A DNA stretch of 64,000 nt, from positions 1,109,449-1,173,448 of the forward strand of contig NMRA01000063.1 in the NCBI GenBank assembly GCA_002633005.1, read 5' to 3'. The notes under the pieces are model-generated. The model saw only the letters and a program-made list of their open reading frames with translations. It ran no database searches and was not told the DNA's origin. The DNA is from Phoronis australis. Lineage: Eukaryota > Animalia > Phoronida. A program made the translations under genes and the position numbers. Shown here in pieces: positions 29,385 to 43,091 of the stretch (position 1 is the stretch's first letter; each line of letters begins with the position of its first letter).

Positions 29385-29927
29385 TTTTTTCAACGGCGTT
29401 TCTGATTGACTAGTCGAATTCTCAACAGGTAGCGCTTTACACAAACAGCTAGCATGAATGATGGAGGAAGTGTAAATGTGGTCTGTTGTACTGACAAATC
29501 GGTGCTTAAAATTTATGTTCAAGAAATGTGAATCCCAGAAACGAGTGTGGTTTCTCCTTTCGGGGTGCATCTTTCTACTGTCGATGACTTTTGTTCACGT
29601 TGCTGTCCTGTATTCATGCAATATGAATAACGCACTAGTTAAATCGGCTAGATGACGGCGTGTTTATTGTAGGCCTGCATGTATGTGCTTCAAGCACGCG
29701 GCTATACCAGAAGCGAAATAATTGCTGCTAGGACACTTGCATGACAAGGCTAAAAATCGTCCATGGTCCGCCATTTTCTCACTTTGTTGTAAAGCTAACC
29801 AATGACTGTGGAGGTTACATCAACCAATGATAAAGAGCGTGCTAGTAACGGCCTGATACCTGCGTGCCCTCGCTGGTTCCCTGGCTCGCTGGCTCTGACC
29901 ACCTGGCCTCACGCAGGGAACCTGCGA
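29385..29927. mobile_element. M2 MITE copy
   Basis: Shares GAATTCTCAACAGG...GTAAATGTGGTCTGTTGTAC...GAGGTTACATCAACCAATG with the 25.6-26.1 kb copy; ends CACGCAGGGAACCTGCGAG. Confidence 0.8.
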
Positions 29928-30996
29928 GCCTCCGAGCTCGTCTCGCCGACGACAGTCACATTATCATGACAATGAGGTTGAATGTCTGCTGTCTCTTCCA
30001 CGTTTTAAAACAGAATGCAATGCATAATAATAATTTTAACATGTCCAAAAGCTGACTCATGGTCGAGCAGGTCTCGTCATGTGGGACTGGCGGTGTATTC
30101 CACTTTTGACGAGGGTATGATAAATGGCGCGGTAGGGAATAACGTTCGCAGCCGTCGTTCTTCGCACATCCCTGCCTATTATACGGGCTTATGTGTCTCC
30201 TGCAAAGATTGTCACATTCCTAAGAACTAATAACCCAAACTAAAGTTTAACTAGACCGTTTTTAAATCATAACATGGCCGCAATTAGTTGTTGCAGGGAC
30301 GTCGGACTCGGAGGGCATTTACTATGTAAGACGTAACACTGGCTAGCGCGTATCTTAAGAAGTCTGAGAGGTCTCTCGAAATTTATTACTATGACAACAT
30401 GTCGTGTGTCAACGCTGTAGGCAAGTCAAATAGTGGACGAGACGGTCACTCATCCTACTCTGTGACCGAGTGGGAGGGCGAAAATACATTGAACATTTAT
30501 CGGTCCGGCCTTCATCTAAGTTGAGTTTTTTAACAGACAAAAACGTGGTTACATTGGACATTACGACCGAGAAAAGATCAAACGGCCGCCCCTGCGCCTG
30601 ATTTATGCCGTGAAAATATCCTCCAATGGCGAACCATCTTGTCACGTGTTTCCGGCAATGGGCGCAGTTGTAAGAGAAAAATTAATTTTATTACGTGCCT
30701 TCAGATCATCACCAACGAAGAAAGCGGGTTGTCATGAGTACCGCCTCTAACTGAACGAGAGAAAACTTGTGATAACAGTCCTGCCTGACTTACCACACGC
30801 AGTTTACACGGACAAACGTGTAAATCAATAAAGACCTGTGTGTTGTCTTCCAAAGTCTTCAGGATCAACACACCATGATGGGGCTTGAAGTGCTAATTAC
30901 GCCGAGATGTAGATTGTGCTCGCAGTGCAATTAAGCATATTAAGCATATAAATTCAGTGGATGAAGACAATGAGTCAGAAGAGATGGGTTAGCTAC

Positions 30997-31983
30997 ATAG
31001 GCGGATTTAGGGGGGCTCAGGGAGCCCGCCCCCCCCCCCCTGGCTGCCGCAAAAAAATAAAACAGCAAGAGCGTAGGGAAATGTTGAGTTTATTAATTAA
31101 CCCCAGTAATTAAAATTATACGGATGAAACAAGATTTAAATGTGTGCATTTTTAGAGTTTGGGGGGGCTCAGATCCAATTTCAAGTGTCAAATTCGGAAC
31201 ACGGCGCATTCGTAACGAAACTATGGCTAAGTATACGCTCTCCAGCGATATCCCAGGCGACCGGCAGTGGTGCTGTGCACTGCGACTCCGTTTCCGTCGT
31301 CTACTCCACTGTGCAATGAAGAAAATTTACTTCATTTTTTAAAGAAAATGGAACCTGAGTGACGATGAAAAAACAAAAGCTGCTGGTAAAATGTGAATTT
31401 CAATCGAAGCCTTAATGAATCACTCAGAGACTCATAATTCTCTCTTTGTCAAATCTTAACTTAACACGATTTACAAAGCAATCCCGTCATTATCGCCAAC
31501 ACGAAAAACGGATTTGGTCTTTTGGGCATGTGAAGACTATTTTAAATACAACAAATTTGTTAAGAACAGATTGCACAAAATATAAAACGTGTAATAAGCA
31601 TTACAAAAAGGAGTACGTTTCGCGCGCAAACGCTGTGGACCGTAAACAAGTAAGTCTCTTAGTATAAGATAAGTAGCTAAATCGTGGTGGTGTAGTGGTA
31701 AAGCACGCGCGCTCTACCTGCCAGGTCGTGAGTTCGAGTCAGAGGCACTTGCAGTATTTCCTGCTTGACACGTTCTCCATGTTTTTTTTTTTTGCTTTTT
31801 TTTTCTTGGATAATATTTCAAGAATCAAGGAAAATGTTTGATTTTTAGAGAAAAAAACAGAAAAATTCCCTGGGCGACCTCCCCCACTCGGTGCTATACG
31901 CATCTACAATCGTGGGGGACGCAAATGCTTACAGCCGGACAAAATGTTGGGCCCCCCCTAGTGATATCCTAGATCCGCCACTG
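30997..31983 (+). mobile_element. ~1-kb TIR element with 5-bp TSD carrying a tRNA-like (SINE-head) segment
   Basis: CATAGGCGGATTT...AGATCCGCCACTG with AGCTA on both flanks; A-box-like GTAGTGGT and B-box-like GAGTTCGAGTC at ~31686-31740. Confidence 0.8.
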
Positions 31984-34900
31984 AGCTAATACGTGGCTTA
32001 TCTAGTGACAACCCAGGCAACAACTGTAACAAGAGCACAACTTCCGGTAGGAGAAATGTAGCCTCGTAGTTTCAAACCTAGACTCCGTTTGAATTTGAAT
32101 CTGGTGAAGCCTACATCTGGTTTTTGATTGGTCGATCGGATGACGTTAGCTGGGAAGTCATTTCAACATAATGACTTGGCATTTTACAGTCTCAACCAGC
32201 ATTACTTGAGCAATGACCCAAAAGACAAACGAAACGATAAAAAATGTGGTCACCATACCCTCTTGTGCTCACGTGTCAATTGAATAGAATGTTTTGTTTT
32301 TGTTGCAGTGCCAAAAGGTTATCAAAAAGGAAACGGGAAGCACTGGACGGTCTTTGGGCCCATTTTAAGAATATACTCAGGTAAACTACCGCTCCAATTA
32401 TTGTAAAACAAATCCAATTATCAGTAACTAATTACAAACCTCAAATCCCGTTCAAGTCTACAGTTTCGTGTGAAGCAACGAGAAATGCCTGCTTTTCATT
32501 AGCAATACATATTCATGCCGGTAGTGTCATGCTTGGAAGTGTTGAACAATGCGAAACTAAACCAGTGACAATAAAAACGTGTCTGACACCAGTCGCTTCG
32601 GGTCAGCTCCAACCTTCTGTTGTCATAACCCAAACAACTGATTGCTGCAAATTTCAATTACCTGCTGCCGTGTTGAATCACCAATCTACACCATTCCAGA
32701 GGAATGCAACTTTTGTTTTGCCTTTTGGTGAGACTTCATTTGAGAAGAAAACAAACACATCTCAATCCTATTACTAAGTGTGACTTTATAAATGACAACT
32801 CTAAAATCTCTCATCCTCTCGTCCATTCATCACTTCCGTATTTCAAAACGTCACAAAAGAGGAACTGTCAATCCTACCTAACAATGTTGTCGACTCACTG
32901 GCCCCGTTTATGACGACTTTACAGTCAGTTTAATTAATGAATCATCCTAAACGAGTGTGGTTACCTATTGAAAACCACGGCTATAAATCTTTGATCAAAC
33001 CACTTCAAACTGATAATGATGGGTCTATAAAACTATATAGCTCAGTGTCGGTTTCAATTAATGAAAATTCATTGAGCTATAGTGTTTTGGAGACTGAAAA
33101 TCATAAAACTCCTTCATGCAATGTCGTCGCATACCGGCACGATTAATAAATCGAAAATCCAAACTTTACGAATGTTTGCTCGACACTGGTTGGCAAATAA
33201 ACCTGAGTTTTACACTGATGAATGCTTGAATGTTTTGTTACAAGAAAAATATCAGCACGGTTGGATGTCAATTTAGTTTTGTTTTCGGTGCGCGGTATCT
33301 CACAGCAAAGGACGTTACCCTTCACCACACATTCGAATTCACCCTTCCAAAGACAATGCTCCCTTCGAATGACAAAAAGCTAAAATCACTTCAACTCGCG
33401 CAGGACATCAGCATCACATTAGCTGAAGAAAGGCTCAAACTTGACCTGGGACTCCATCTTGTTCACAGTCGTACTTTACTATGGAGTACACAATCTGGTT
33501 TGACGTGATCATATAGTACTCAGCATAGAAAGTCATTCGTGAGATTGCTCGCTTCACAACTTCACATCCCAATATATGCATAAATGGTAGTTTAGAGAGA
33601 GATTTTACCTTGAATATTTATATCCTACCAAATTTACACATGTTTTTGATACCGCCGTATTCTATGAATGTACCTTTCTTTTTCGCCAAATTTAACAAAA
33701 ATCATGCTTAATGGCAGGTTGGTATATAGTCAAAAATCAAATTCTATAAGCTAGTAAGACACATTTGAATGTCACGTGGTTCAACAGCTGTACTGCGGAA
33801 GTCTAGGGTATTTGGCCTCGCAGATTTTTGCGAAATATAAGCAAAAACAAACACATTCAAGTTGTTAACGAAAAGGCTCAGAACAACGGTCGAAGTGTTG
33901 CCGTCTGAGAGAAATTCATGTCGTATTCAATTTGCATGTTTTAACATGCTCTATTGTTGCCGATTATGTGACTTTAAGAGGTGGGCATGCTACAAACTAT
34001 GCACAAAACAATAATAACATACAAACAGTGTTTCATGTACTCTCTACAGGCTTTTTATAGGCTAGACTACTCAGTGTGTTTCCGAACAAAGAAATAATCT
34101 ATGCAGTTAGAAACCGTACTATATTTTGGTTTAAACATGCAGGCAACCGGAGCGAGCTCTCACCGACCTGCTTAGTTTTTGTTTTGTCCATGAACCACTG
34201 CCCTGTGAAAGGATAATGAGTGCCACGTGGATACCAGTCCGGCATCAGTGCGCATGTCTCTTCGTAAACATATGGTACAGCTCGGAGGTTCCGCAAACCA
34301 AGATTCTTTCGAGAAAGGTGGCACTGAATAGTTAGGCTGCGGCCGCGGCCAATTTGCACTGCCAAAATATTGAAATTTTGGGGTAGGCCAAGTTTGGGGG
34401 CATTTTGTAGGTGGACATTGCACGTAGGCTCAGTGAATGTGGTTTGTTTGTATTTGTGAACACGCTGTGAATAAAAAAGGCCACTTTCTTGGCTGTAGCT
34501 ACACTCTTCTTCAAGATGGCGGCCCCCGGCTGCAATTGTGCATTGTTGGGTAGCGACCGAGAAACTGGCTGTGATTTTAGGTAGCCCTCAAACAAGCAAG
34601 AATTGCCAAAAAACTAGTTGGTTGACAGTACTTTTGGACCACATTTTCGGAATCGGTAGAAAATTTGCTTTCAGACTCTAATGTTGGCTTTAGTCGTGCA
34701 TCGGCAGGGAAGTGGTGTTTTTCGGGTGAAAAGTGCCGATTTTGCATTTTTTTGCCCTTATTTTACTTAGTCTAGCTTGGTTTTCAGTGGGAATGAAATG
34801 GTCAAAAATACAAGAAAGAATAAAGTTTCTGTGCTCATCTGCTGGGCTTTTTATGTGAAATAATTGAAAACATACCATTCTTTGCATCCTGTTTTTGACA

Positions 34901-35647
34901 GAGTGAAGAAAAGGTTACAAATCAAGTGATGAGTGTTTTGCTGGGCAAAACCCAGTGAGAACTGTTCTGTGCCTCCAAAAGCAAGAACTCGCAGGATTTC
35001 GCGTATTATCGCCAACTATTGCCAGCAAAGCACGTGACACTAGCTTCGTTAGCAGGATTCTTGCGCCAACGAAACTCTACCCTGGATAAGTATAGTGAAC
35101 CCCTTTTTCATTTTAACGCCTTTTTATTTTGAGTGTGTCAAAAACAGGAGCTTGTTGCACTCAACCATGAGTCTACGGTTTCGTCACCATCTTGAGTATT
35201 TCATTTGGTAAAGCGATCAAACCAAGTTGCGCACGTTTCCTATGCAAGTGGACGGGGAGTAATGCCTATTAAAACCAATATTGTAAGAAACGGCTTAATG
35301 GCAAGAGGTTGCAATTATGCCATTCCCAACATATTCACGATTGCGATAAACTCACTGTTCTTCCTGAGAACCACCTATGCCTAATTGTGGAGCGCTTTGA
35401 AAGATACCGACGTTGTCGGTAAAAAACTTTATTTTTCAAAGTAGCCCCCGTTTTCACGAAGTCCAGCCCGGGTTCAGTATTTAATTAGCACTCCATAAAA
35501 AGATAATACAAATCTTTAAAGTAAAGTTATTACTAACATCAATCACCCTGGCAACGGTTTACCGTAGTCGGCGAGATCCGAGGGGTAAAATCTAGCCTCT
35601 TGAATAATCTGCGCTATTTGAGCTGGAACGTATGAGGCGCCAATTAG

Positions 35648-36080
35648 GGTTCTTAAAGGAGTAGCTTTCTGCGCGAAGAACTGTGCTTAATCTACGCGTG
35701 CTTTTAGTTCCTAAACGTTCTGCTCTTATTCAACGCGCACTTTTGCTTAATCTACGCGCACTTTTACTTAATCAATGCGTACTTTCAATTAGTTCATATA
35801 GTCCAATCACGCCTTATTTTTACCGCGCAAACCAGGAGCGCGCAGTGTTAAACTGGTCAGTTTCAGTTGCCGATTTGGGCAATTGAACGAAGTACTCACT
35901 GATTAAGAGCAGAACAACGATCGTTTAAGGACTAAAAGTGCACGTTGATTAAGCGAAGGCACGCTTAGATTAAGCAAAAGTACGCATAGATTAAGCAAAA
36001 GTACGTGTAGATTACGCAAGAGTATGCGTAGATTAAGCACATATCTACGCGCAGAAACTTAGGTACTCGTTTAAGGAACC
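35648..36080. mobile_element. Foldback-type element with inverted arrays of ~21-bp subrepeats
   Basis: GGTTCTTAAA...TTTAAGGAACC ends; the left arm repeats CTTTTGCTTAATCTACGCG and the right arm carries the reverse complement. Confidence 0.7.
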
Positions 36081-39000
36081 TTTGACGCTTCGTAGAAACG
36101 CCACTGAAAATGTAAGCATCAAGGACTGGGTTCCGTGGACGAAAGAAACTCGCAAAAACGCAAGATTTCACCACACTTCGCAACATATCGCCTTACATTA
36201 CAACTGAACACGTTTTATCACAATGGCTTCTCTTGTGAGTGTCTTGCATCTACGGAACGCAGCCCGCAGCTACCGCGAATTGCTAAAAGGCTAGTTTTTA
36301 TGGAAGAACTTGATTGTTTTGAATGTAAACAGTAACAACAATATATTTTGAAAAATTGAAAAGTACGCAGTAGTTAGGGAAAAACAAGAAAATTCGTCGT
36401 GGGAAAGAAATATAGCAGTCACTGCTCACTTTCAATTTCCAGCAAGAAACAACGTGAGACCAAATAAGTGTTTTGTCATCCAAGATGGCCAATGGGGCAA
36501 TGTCATCCAATATGGCCAATGGACAATGTCGTTGACAATTAATACTTATCATATCTAACAGCAGTGCTGTTTTTCACATAATACGTTGTAGAGGAACAAA
36601 ATATAAAAGACGTCACAACAGAAAATTTTCACTAGACTTAGAGATCAGTTACATGTTTTTAAAACACTTTTCGCCTGCCTTATCAACCTATCGATTTACA
36701 CTAGAATTTTATCTTATCTCTAAATTGAGTGTAACTTTCTTTTTTACCTTTATCCTTGAAGGCGTCGATTTCAATTTCCCTCTACGTCCCATACAAAGTG
36801 GGACATTTCTGAGTTAATGACTCTTAATTAAACAATACAAAAAGGGGGTTGATAACTTAGTGCATACTCCGGTTACATGGATACTGAGTGTCACTAATCA
36901 CATTTCATGCGTTCCAAGAAATGTCTTAATATATTTTAAATATTTTCAGTTTTGTTTTAAACAATACTGTAAACAAAAAGCTGCAACGTTCGCCATTGGG
37001 ATGTACTGGCTCTCCACAGCTATGTAGCTACACGCTACTTATTAACCTATGTTTTTGACATTTTTCTGTAGCAATATGCTGCAGCGTTGCTGTTATTGAA
37101 ATGACAATCCCCTAACAATGTATTTCTTTCTAATCACTCTTATAGAGACTACACTTGAGGAAATTCAAGCGACCAGTACTCCTTTACGTGCTTTACGACG
37201 AACACAGCCAAGATTGGACGAGTGAGTATGAAATGGCTCTAGTGATGAAACGACGATATAATGCGACCGTTTTTCAGTCGATATGAAGATATGTATGCTT
37301 CTTGGTCAGTGTGCGTTTAACCCATTTTTTCTTTGTTTCACAAAAATGCTAGGCCTATAGTAGAAAGGTTACGTGCATAGGCTGAAAATCAGTACAACAC
37401 ACGGAATGGTGACAGTGCGCTGATTATTGTTCTTCTTTTGTATTTCCACTGTTCAAGTGCCAGGCTATTCAAATGAACTAAGGCGATGGTTAAACTATCA
37501 TATCGTGTCTCTAGCTCGTGATGATGTCACATTCGGGGCAGTAATCGCTAAATACACAAAGTTGTTGTTTTCCAGTCTCTTACGTAAACTGCCACGATAA
37601 TGGTCATCTGTAATACACTTGTAAAACGTGCAGGATTCGGTTGGGACGGAAATAATTAGTTATGCACCCAACATTACGCGGGGTGTGTATTGCGATGCCA
37701 GAGACTAAAAATTTGTACTGTTTATTCAAACCGCCGAAACATTTCTCGTTGTTGTATTTATCGGTTCGTGTTTTTCCCTTAAAATTAAACGCGTTACGGA
37801 AGTATTTCGTGCTTACCTCTGCCACAAATTGAGATTTCGCCATTTTCTTGAGACCTAAACCAACGATTTCAAGAAACTTAATAAAACAGAAAAAAAATCC
37901 ATGTTTCAAATGTAGAACGCTAACTTAAAATTAAGCGTCAAAAAGAAAATCATACAAAGTAACAGAATGCCGCTGAATCCCAAGCTCTGTTTATTTCATC
38001 AAACACAAGCCTCGCGAGGTGTAGCAGGAAATTGTCCATATTTCTAACTTTAACTTTTCGCACAAATGAAACGCTCTTCATATATTCACATGACTTATGA
38101 AGACGTCAAGAAGCTCGTTAGCTTACCTCTCAATATGACCAGCTTCCCCACAAGCATGATATCCAGTTGAGCAAATCTAAGTAAATCGATGACTTCGGTA
38201 TTATATGATGTCAAGGTGAACGGTTGAGATTACGTACGACACGGCAAGCGGACAACACACAAACGAACGAGATATCAGCCCGCGGTTTCTTTTGCTGTAT
38301 GCTCTGTAGATAGTTAATGGCTTATTCGGTTAGCCGGCCGTGTTTTGTGTACTAATACATAGCGCAACTGATGGCTAGATTCCAAGTATTCTGTCAGACA
38401 AGTTTGTAATGTTACATGTACCGTGTGATCAGAAACAAGACATGTTCAGAGATTGGACCGACGAGCACATAAAACTGACCTGGCCAGATGTAAATGGCCT
38501 TGATTAAACTGGTGAATTGATTAAACGTTATGTCAAAATGCCATTAATTTTGCACAAATATTTGTATAAAAGCCAATGCATCAAATACTCTAAATCACAT
38601 CTTTCCGTGAACTGCGTCAATAGCATATTGGACGCTGACATCCCATAAAAACTAGAGGCGTAATGTGTGTTCCAGGAACTAAGATGAATTTATCTGAGTA
38701 GCCTACAGACGCAAACCTATTTGCATTTCGAAAGGTGAGTGCAATTACATAAGAGAAGATGAAATCTTGCGCGAACTCTGTCCATACATGGAATTCCAGG
38801 CATGTCAGTTGTTAGCGCGGTCGGGTTTTACTCGTTAACGTGTTGAGCGAATGATTACTGAGCACGTTCACATTCACAAGATGAGGTCACGAATTCTAGA
38901 TCACTAAGATTTGTACAGCAGTAGTAAATAGAGTCGCTTGACCATTTCATTTATGCGGATTCAAATTCTAGAAGACGCGGTGGGATCCGCTTACTGTTGT

Positions 39001-40079
39001 TGTCCTGTAGATATATTATAGCGGGGCATGAGATGATATAAATAATACAAGAAACAAGAGCAACGCATTTTGAAATGCTCCCACGACTGCAGTGCTAACA
39101 TTGTGCTTCTATTGGTGTTTATTTAGTTGTGTCATTAATGGCCATTAGATGGCTCAGAATATCTTGAACCCATCCAAAAATGGGAGGATGTTGTCGTCTC
39201 TCAAAATTATTAACCAATTTTATGAAAAATCCGCCAAAGAACTCCAAAGATACAAAGGCAAACATAAAAAACTGCCATTAGGAACCACAGCAGTAGTTCA
39301 TCCACCTGCTGTTGATAGAAATACAAGTGCAAAATTTCAAAATCATTTCGCAAGGGGTTTAGGAGACTACAGCCATAGACGTGAAAAATGTCACTAAGGG
39401 GCACCACAGTATTTGGATCCGTTTAAAAATCGACGTCAGTCACATTCTTGTCAGAAGGAACACATCTGCAAAAGTTCTTATAATGATCCTCCGCGAGATT
39501 TGGCAGATACAGAAGCAAACGACAAAAAACATACTATAAAATAATTGAAATGGCCACTAGTTGGTGCAGAATACGTCGAATTCATCACAAGGAAAGCTGC
39601 TGTCGTCTTCATAATAGAAATCAGTTTGACCGATTTCATGAAAAAGCATCAAGGACTGAACTTTAAAATTGCAGAAGCAAAAGTAAAAATTATAATTGCC
39701 AGTAGGGAGCACAGCCGTAATTGGATTGGCCTGAAACTGGTCGTCGTCTGTGCCATCTCTATAGGAAAACATCTGCTAAATTTCAGAAAGATCTTGTAAA
39801 GGGTAAAGGGTAAAGTCGTGGACGCAAACAACAATTGCCACAGGGGGGCCAGTGTAGTTGAACACGTCCGAAAATCAACGTCAACCTCGGACTTCTGGTC
39901 TGGAACACATTTCCAAATTTTACTAATGATCCTTCAAGCAGTTTGTTGGGTGGAGAGCGTGATGTCAAAAACGAACTAAAAAAATAAAGTGGCTACCAAG
40001 TAGCACAGAATGTGTAAAACCCGCTCGAAAATGAGAAGGCGTCGTGACGCCTTTATCCAGGATTTCGAAAATAGTTAAA

Positions 40080-40468
40080 TCAGTTCTTGGCCACAGTAAG
40101 ATTAAAAACCGGACGATCGCCGCCCAAGTGATACCTGTATAGCACAGATGACACGATGACAGCCCGCACACCGTAGTCCTCTTTCAGACGGGAAACCAAC
40201 CTAACAAGACGCCTGTGAACGTGGGGCGGTTCTTCCGTGGATAAATCATTCAAACCGACGTGCAGAATAACGACGTCTGGCCGGAAACTGGATACCACAT
40301 GGAGCTGCTTGTAAATTGACCTGGTGGTCATTACGCCAATATCATAAATCTTGACAACAAGATCTATCGCAGTCAAGTCGAAGGTGAAGTTCGTCGACGG
40401 CTCTCGCAACATATAGTCGCGTAGTCGACGTACGTGGCTGCTCCCGAGCATCAGAATTCGCTTCGACA
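40080..40468 (-). pseudogene. Truncated intronless SGNH/GDSL hydrolase-like ORF, probably retrotransposon-derived
   Basis: Block I-like ILMLGSSHVRRL and block III-like PDVVILHVGLNDL; no DxxH block V before the stop. Confidence 0.7.
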
Positions 40469-41337
40469 TAGTTATCTGTTCGATCCACCGCTCACTCTCA
40501 CATTTTACTGTACTGCTGCAGAAACAGTCCACAGAATTGCCGCTCACACTACACCGCGAGTGTCTCTGACCAATAAGAATAAATGTTTTGGCTGAATTTG
40601 ACATTCAGGTTTGTTGTTGACAATATTACATAACTACCAAACTAAGAGATTAGCTGTCCTCCATAATCACAGTTAACCCCTCGGCCATTGTGTGCTGTAA
40701 ACCTATCTCTTGCTGTGTAGTTAATAAAAGAGCGAGGAGCTGGTAACAATGCTTTGATGTTGGTAATCAAAGTTTTAACTGTTTACCTGTTTGCTGTGTA
40801 ATCTGCCTAATTCATTTAGACAACTCTTTACGTCCTTAACTGACATTCAACAAGGACAAATTACTGACGCCGTACGCGACGGTATTTTAGAATACAAATT
40901 AACAACGAAAATCCTTATACAATGCCCTGCTCGCTTGGCATCATGAACGACACAAAGTTAACGTCTTTTATCCCCTGTAGGTGCCTAAATAAGTTTTGAA
41001 TAAATGAGACATACGTTTTCGACAATTTGTATTCATGTATATAACGTACATGTATATAATAAAATCAGCGTTCAGTAGGGACATCACGAAACTATCAGAA
41101 AATACAGGAAATTCGGCCAAAATCTATTAATTATTGTAAAACGCATATATTTGGACTATTATCATCGAATTATTGTCATACGAAGCATTTCCGGTTCTAT
41201 TACCCGTAAATCGGCACGATTCCTAAAGTGTTGCGCGTTTTAGGAATCCACAAACGGGCCTGGATTTACACCCGTTTTGATGACGTTATCGCATGTAGCG
41301 CAGATCAACAAAACGCGCAGCACAGCGTCATCTAACT

Positions 41338-41592
41338 CATACGCGCACCCAGGGGGGAGGGCTCGGGGGCTCCAACGACCCCCCCTCCCCATTTGGCGAA
41401 GTGGGCAAAAAGGTCCGCCTCAGACAAACAAAAAGTCCCAGAAAACGAGACAAAAGTCCACTGAAAAGGCACAGACGCACAGTGAAGGTGGTACCCCGTT
41501 TTTTTTTCAGTCCTCCCGCTTTTTTGTCAGCAAAAGGTCCACGTCGCCAGAAATTCGAGCCCCCCCCATATTAAAGGCTGGGTACGCGTAAG
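41338..41592. mobile_element. MITE of the GCGCACCCAG-TIR family
   Basis: TACGCGCACCCAG...CTGGGTACGCGTA; homolog at 42455-42700. Confidence 0.75.
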
Positions 41593-42273
41593 ACTAATAG
41601 AAGCCTATCTGCCAAATTGTATGAAAATCCGTAGAGGACCTCCGAAGACATAGAGGTAAACGTAAAAAACGAAAATTGCCACTTGGAGGCACATCGGTAG
41701 TCGGATCCGTCCAAAAATTCGTTCATTCCGTCCCATCCATGAAAAGAACATGTCTACAAATTTTCATGAACATCCTTGAACAGTTTGGGAGCCTGAGCAG
41801 CGGACGCCGGACGGCGGACGGAGATGACGGCATAGCCGAGTGCATCCACATTTCGAGCACCAGAAGTCTGAGCCGGCGAAAACAGACGGAAGTATTCCGT
41901 GTGTTTTTGGAACTGGACTTTTTAACGAGTTTTTTTTTTAAATTTTAGATTGCGAATTTTTATGAAAGAACGAGAAAAACCGTGAGAGGCTGGTCATGTT
42001 ATATGTATGTTTTGAAACACTTTGAAGTAGTAAAATCAATGTCTTTCCGAACCTGTTCGCGGAAACAGCAAGGATGAGTCAACACAAACAGATTTCTGAC
42101 TGGTGCAGAAGTGTATGTGATGTAAAACTACATCGTTGACCATCAGTTGTCCTTTTGTGCGTTAATTTCAACTGCGAAGCCTCTGATGACCACGACCACC
42201 CAAACAAATGGAGAGGTCACGAGGCATGGATGGATTTTCGTAGCAAGTGTGATCACGTGCTTTGTCTCCTGCA

Positions 42274-43091
42274 CTCGATGGTTCCGTACGTGCCTAGCCA
42301 GCACGCAGGTATCACGCAGTAGCACGCGCTTTAGCATTGGTTGATGTAACCTCGGCAGTCATTGGTAAGCTTTACAACAACGTGAAAAATGGCGGACGAC
42401 TATGAACGATTTTAACCTTGTCATGCAAGGAGCGTGGCAGCAACTATTTCGTTTCACGGGCGCACCCAGGTGGGGGGGGGGCTCGAGAGACCCCCCAATT
42501 TGGCGAATTGGATAAGAAGGTCCGCCTCAGTGAAACAAAAAGTCCGGGTAAACGAGACAAAAGTCCACACGGTTGCACAATTCGTGGGCCTGAACCTAGT
42601 GGCTGCGTTTTTTTTTTTAGTCCTCGTTATTTCTTTCAGCAAAAGGTTCACATATCGAAAAATTCGAGCCCCCTATATTTTAGGCTGGGTGCGCGCATGC
42701 ATTTCTGCAGTAATGTTTAATAAACCGCGTGCTTGAAGCACATGCATGTACAATAGACACATATCTGGCCGATTTAACCAGTGTGTTATTCATACTCTAT
42801 GAATACAGGACAGTAGCGTATACAAGTCATCGACAGTAGAAAGATGCACTCCGAAAAGGCGCAACCACAATTTCTCGGTTTCATATTTCCTGAACATAAT
42901 TTTTAAGCACCATTTTTTCTGTACAACAGACCACATTTACACCGTTCCTCCATCAGCCATGCCAGTTTGTTTGCGTAAAGCGCTGCCTGTTGAGAATCCG
43001 ACCAGCCATTCAGAAACGCTGGTGTAAAAAATTCCCGAGGAAAATACATGCGTGCTGGCTACCACCTAGAGGCACGCAGGGAACCAGCGAG
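42274..43091. mobile_element. M2 MULE-like MITE with nested MITE (42455-42700)
   Basis: Exact 10-bp direct flank GTCTCCTGCA at 42264-42273 and 43092-43101. Confidence 0.85.

Larger units (their letters stand above)
39052..41852 (-). mobile_element. HINE copy B, interrupted by ~1.5 kb of inserted DNA
   Basis: AAACAAGAGCAACGC...GAAATGCTCCCAC end, monomer array to ~40045, resuming at ~41593 and running to a GGACG tract. Confidence 0.7.

Noticed and set aside
31686-31745. Functional tRNA gene
   Set aside because: No complete cloverleaf or acceptor stem; it is embedded in a multicopy TIR element
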